NCBI RefSeq assembly: GCF_963921235.1
Contig: NC_086097.1
Coordinates: 18,726,001-18,790,000 of the forward strand
Direction of reading: 5' to 3'
DNA: 64,000 nucleotides
From: Mobula hypostoma
Lineage: Eukaryota
Each line of letters starts with the position of its first letter. The stretch's first letter is position 1. Of the stretch, positions 62,738-64,000 are shown piece by piece. The notes beneath the pieces are model-generated. The model searched no databases and had not been told where the DNA came from. It saw nothing but the letters and a program-made list of their open reading frames with translations. The position numbers and the translations under genes are program-made.

Positions 62738-64000
62738 ATAGACAATAGACAATAGACAATAGGTGCAGGAGTAGGCCATTCACTGTGATCATGGCTGATC
62801 ATCCATTATCAGTATCCAGTTCCTGCCATATCCCCATAACCTTTGATTCCGCTATCTTTAAGAGCTCTATCCATCTCTTTTTTAAAAGCATCCAGAGACT
62901 TGGCCTCCACAGCCTTCTGGGGCAGAGCATTCCATATATCCACCACTCTCTGAGTGAAAAAGTTTTTTCCTCAGGTCCGTTCTAAATGGCCTACCCGTAA
63001 TTCTTAAACTGTGGCCTCTGATTCTGGACTCACCCATCAGCGGGAACATACTTCCTGCCTGCAGCGTGTTCAATCCCTTAATAATCTTATATGTTTCAAT
63101 AAGATCCCCTCTCAGCCTTCTAAATTCCAGAGTACACAAGCCCAGTCGCTCCAATCTTTTGACATATGACAGTCCCGCCATCCCGGGAATTAACCTTGTG
63201 AACCTACACTGCACTCCCTCAATAGCAAGAATGTCCTTCCTAAAATTTGAAGACCAAAACTGCACACAGTACTCCAGGTGTGGTCTCACCAGGGCCCTGT
63301 ACAGCTGCAGAAGGACCTCTTTGCTCTTATACTCAATCCCCTTGTTATGAAGGCCAGCATGCCGTTAGCTTTCTTCACTGCCTGCTGTACTTGCATGCTT
63401 GCTTTCAGTGACTGATGTACAAGAACACCTAGATCTCGTTGTGCTTCCCCTTTACCTAACTTGACTCTATTTAGATAATAATCTGCCTTCCCGTTCTTAC
63501 CAACAAAGTGGATAACCTCACATTTATCCACATTAAACTGCATCTGCCATGCATCTGCCCAATCACCCAGCCCGTCCAAGTCACCCTGCATTCTCGTAAC
63601 ATCCTCCTCACATTTCACACTGCCACCCAGCTTTGTGTCATCGGCAAATTTGCTAATGTTACTTTTAATTCCCTCATCTAAATCATTATACATATTGTAA
63701 ACAGCTGCGGTCCCAGCATTGAACCCTGCGGAACCCCACTGGTCACCACCTGCCATTCTGAAAGGGACCCGTTAATCGCTACTCTTTGTTTTCTGTCAGC
63801 CAGCCAATTTTCAATCCATGTCAGTACTCTACCCCCAATACCATGTGCCCTAATTTTGCCCACTAATCTCCTATGTGGGACTTCATCAAAGGCTTTCTGA
63901 AAGTCCAGGTACACTACATCCACTGGCTCTCCCTTGTCCATTTTCATAGTTACATCCTCAAAAAATTCCAGAAGATTAGTCAAGCATGATTTCTCCTTCA
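62738..64000 (-). mobile_element. CR1 LINE (RT to tail), continues beyond the window
   Basis: ORFs 62882-63983 with DFQKAFDEVPH, KFADDTKLGG and RPHLEYCVQFW, and an (ATTGTCT)n tail at 62738-62762. Confidence 0.93.

Overview
Gene-poor eukaryotic DNA made almost entirely of nested, decayed transposable elements. The mix of CR1, Rex1/Babar, L2 and RTE LINEs, Penelope-like elements (PLEs), V/HE1-like SINEs, Tc1, hAT and a Gypsy remnant suggests a vertebrate, most plausibly a cartilaginous fish (inference). I see no intact host gene. There are two minisatellites (30 bp at the window start; a ~2.8 kb 36-bp array at 9.6-12.4 kb). Four things stand out. (1) A ZMYM1/Tip100-like hAT transposon (from 58768) carries two CDK12-like coding fragments in its 5' subterminal region, in opposite orientations and joined at an 8-bp palindrome; one appears to cross a splice junction with no intron. 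(2) PLE ends carry minimal type I hammerhead ribozymes, and several ~100-150 bp insertions with 11-14 bp TSDs begin at the ribozyme. (3) Two PLE insertions have twin-priming-like 5' inversions. (4) A near full-length CR1 has an in-frame loss of the ORF1 SGNH esterase domain. Family names come from recognising motifs by eye, not database searches, and boundaries of old elements are approximate.
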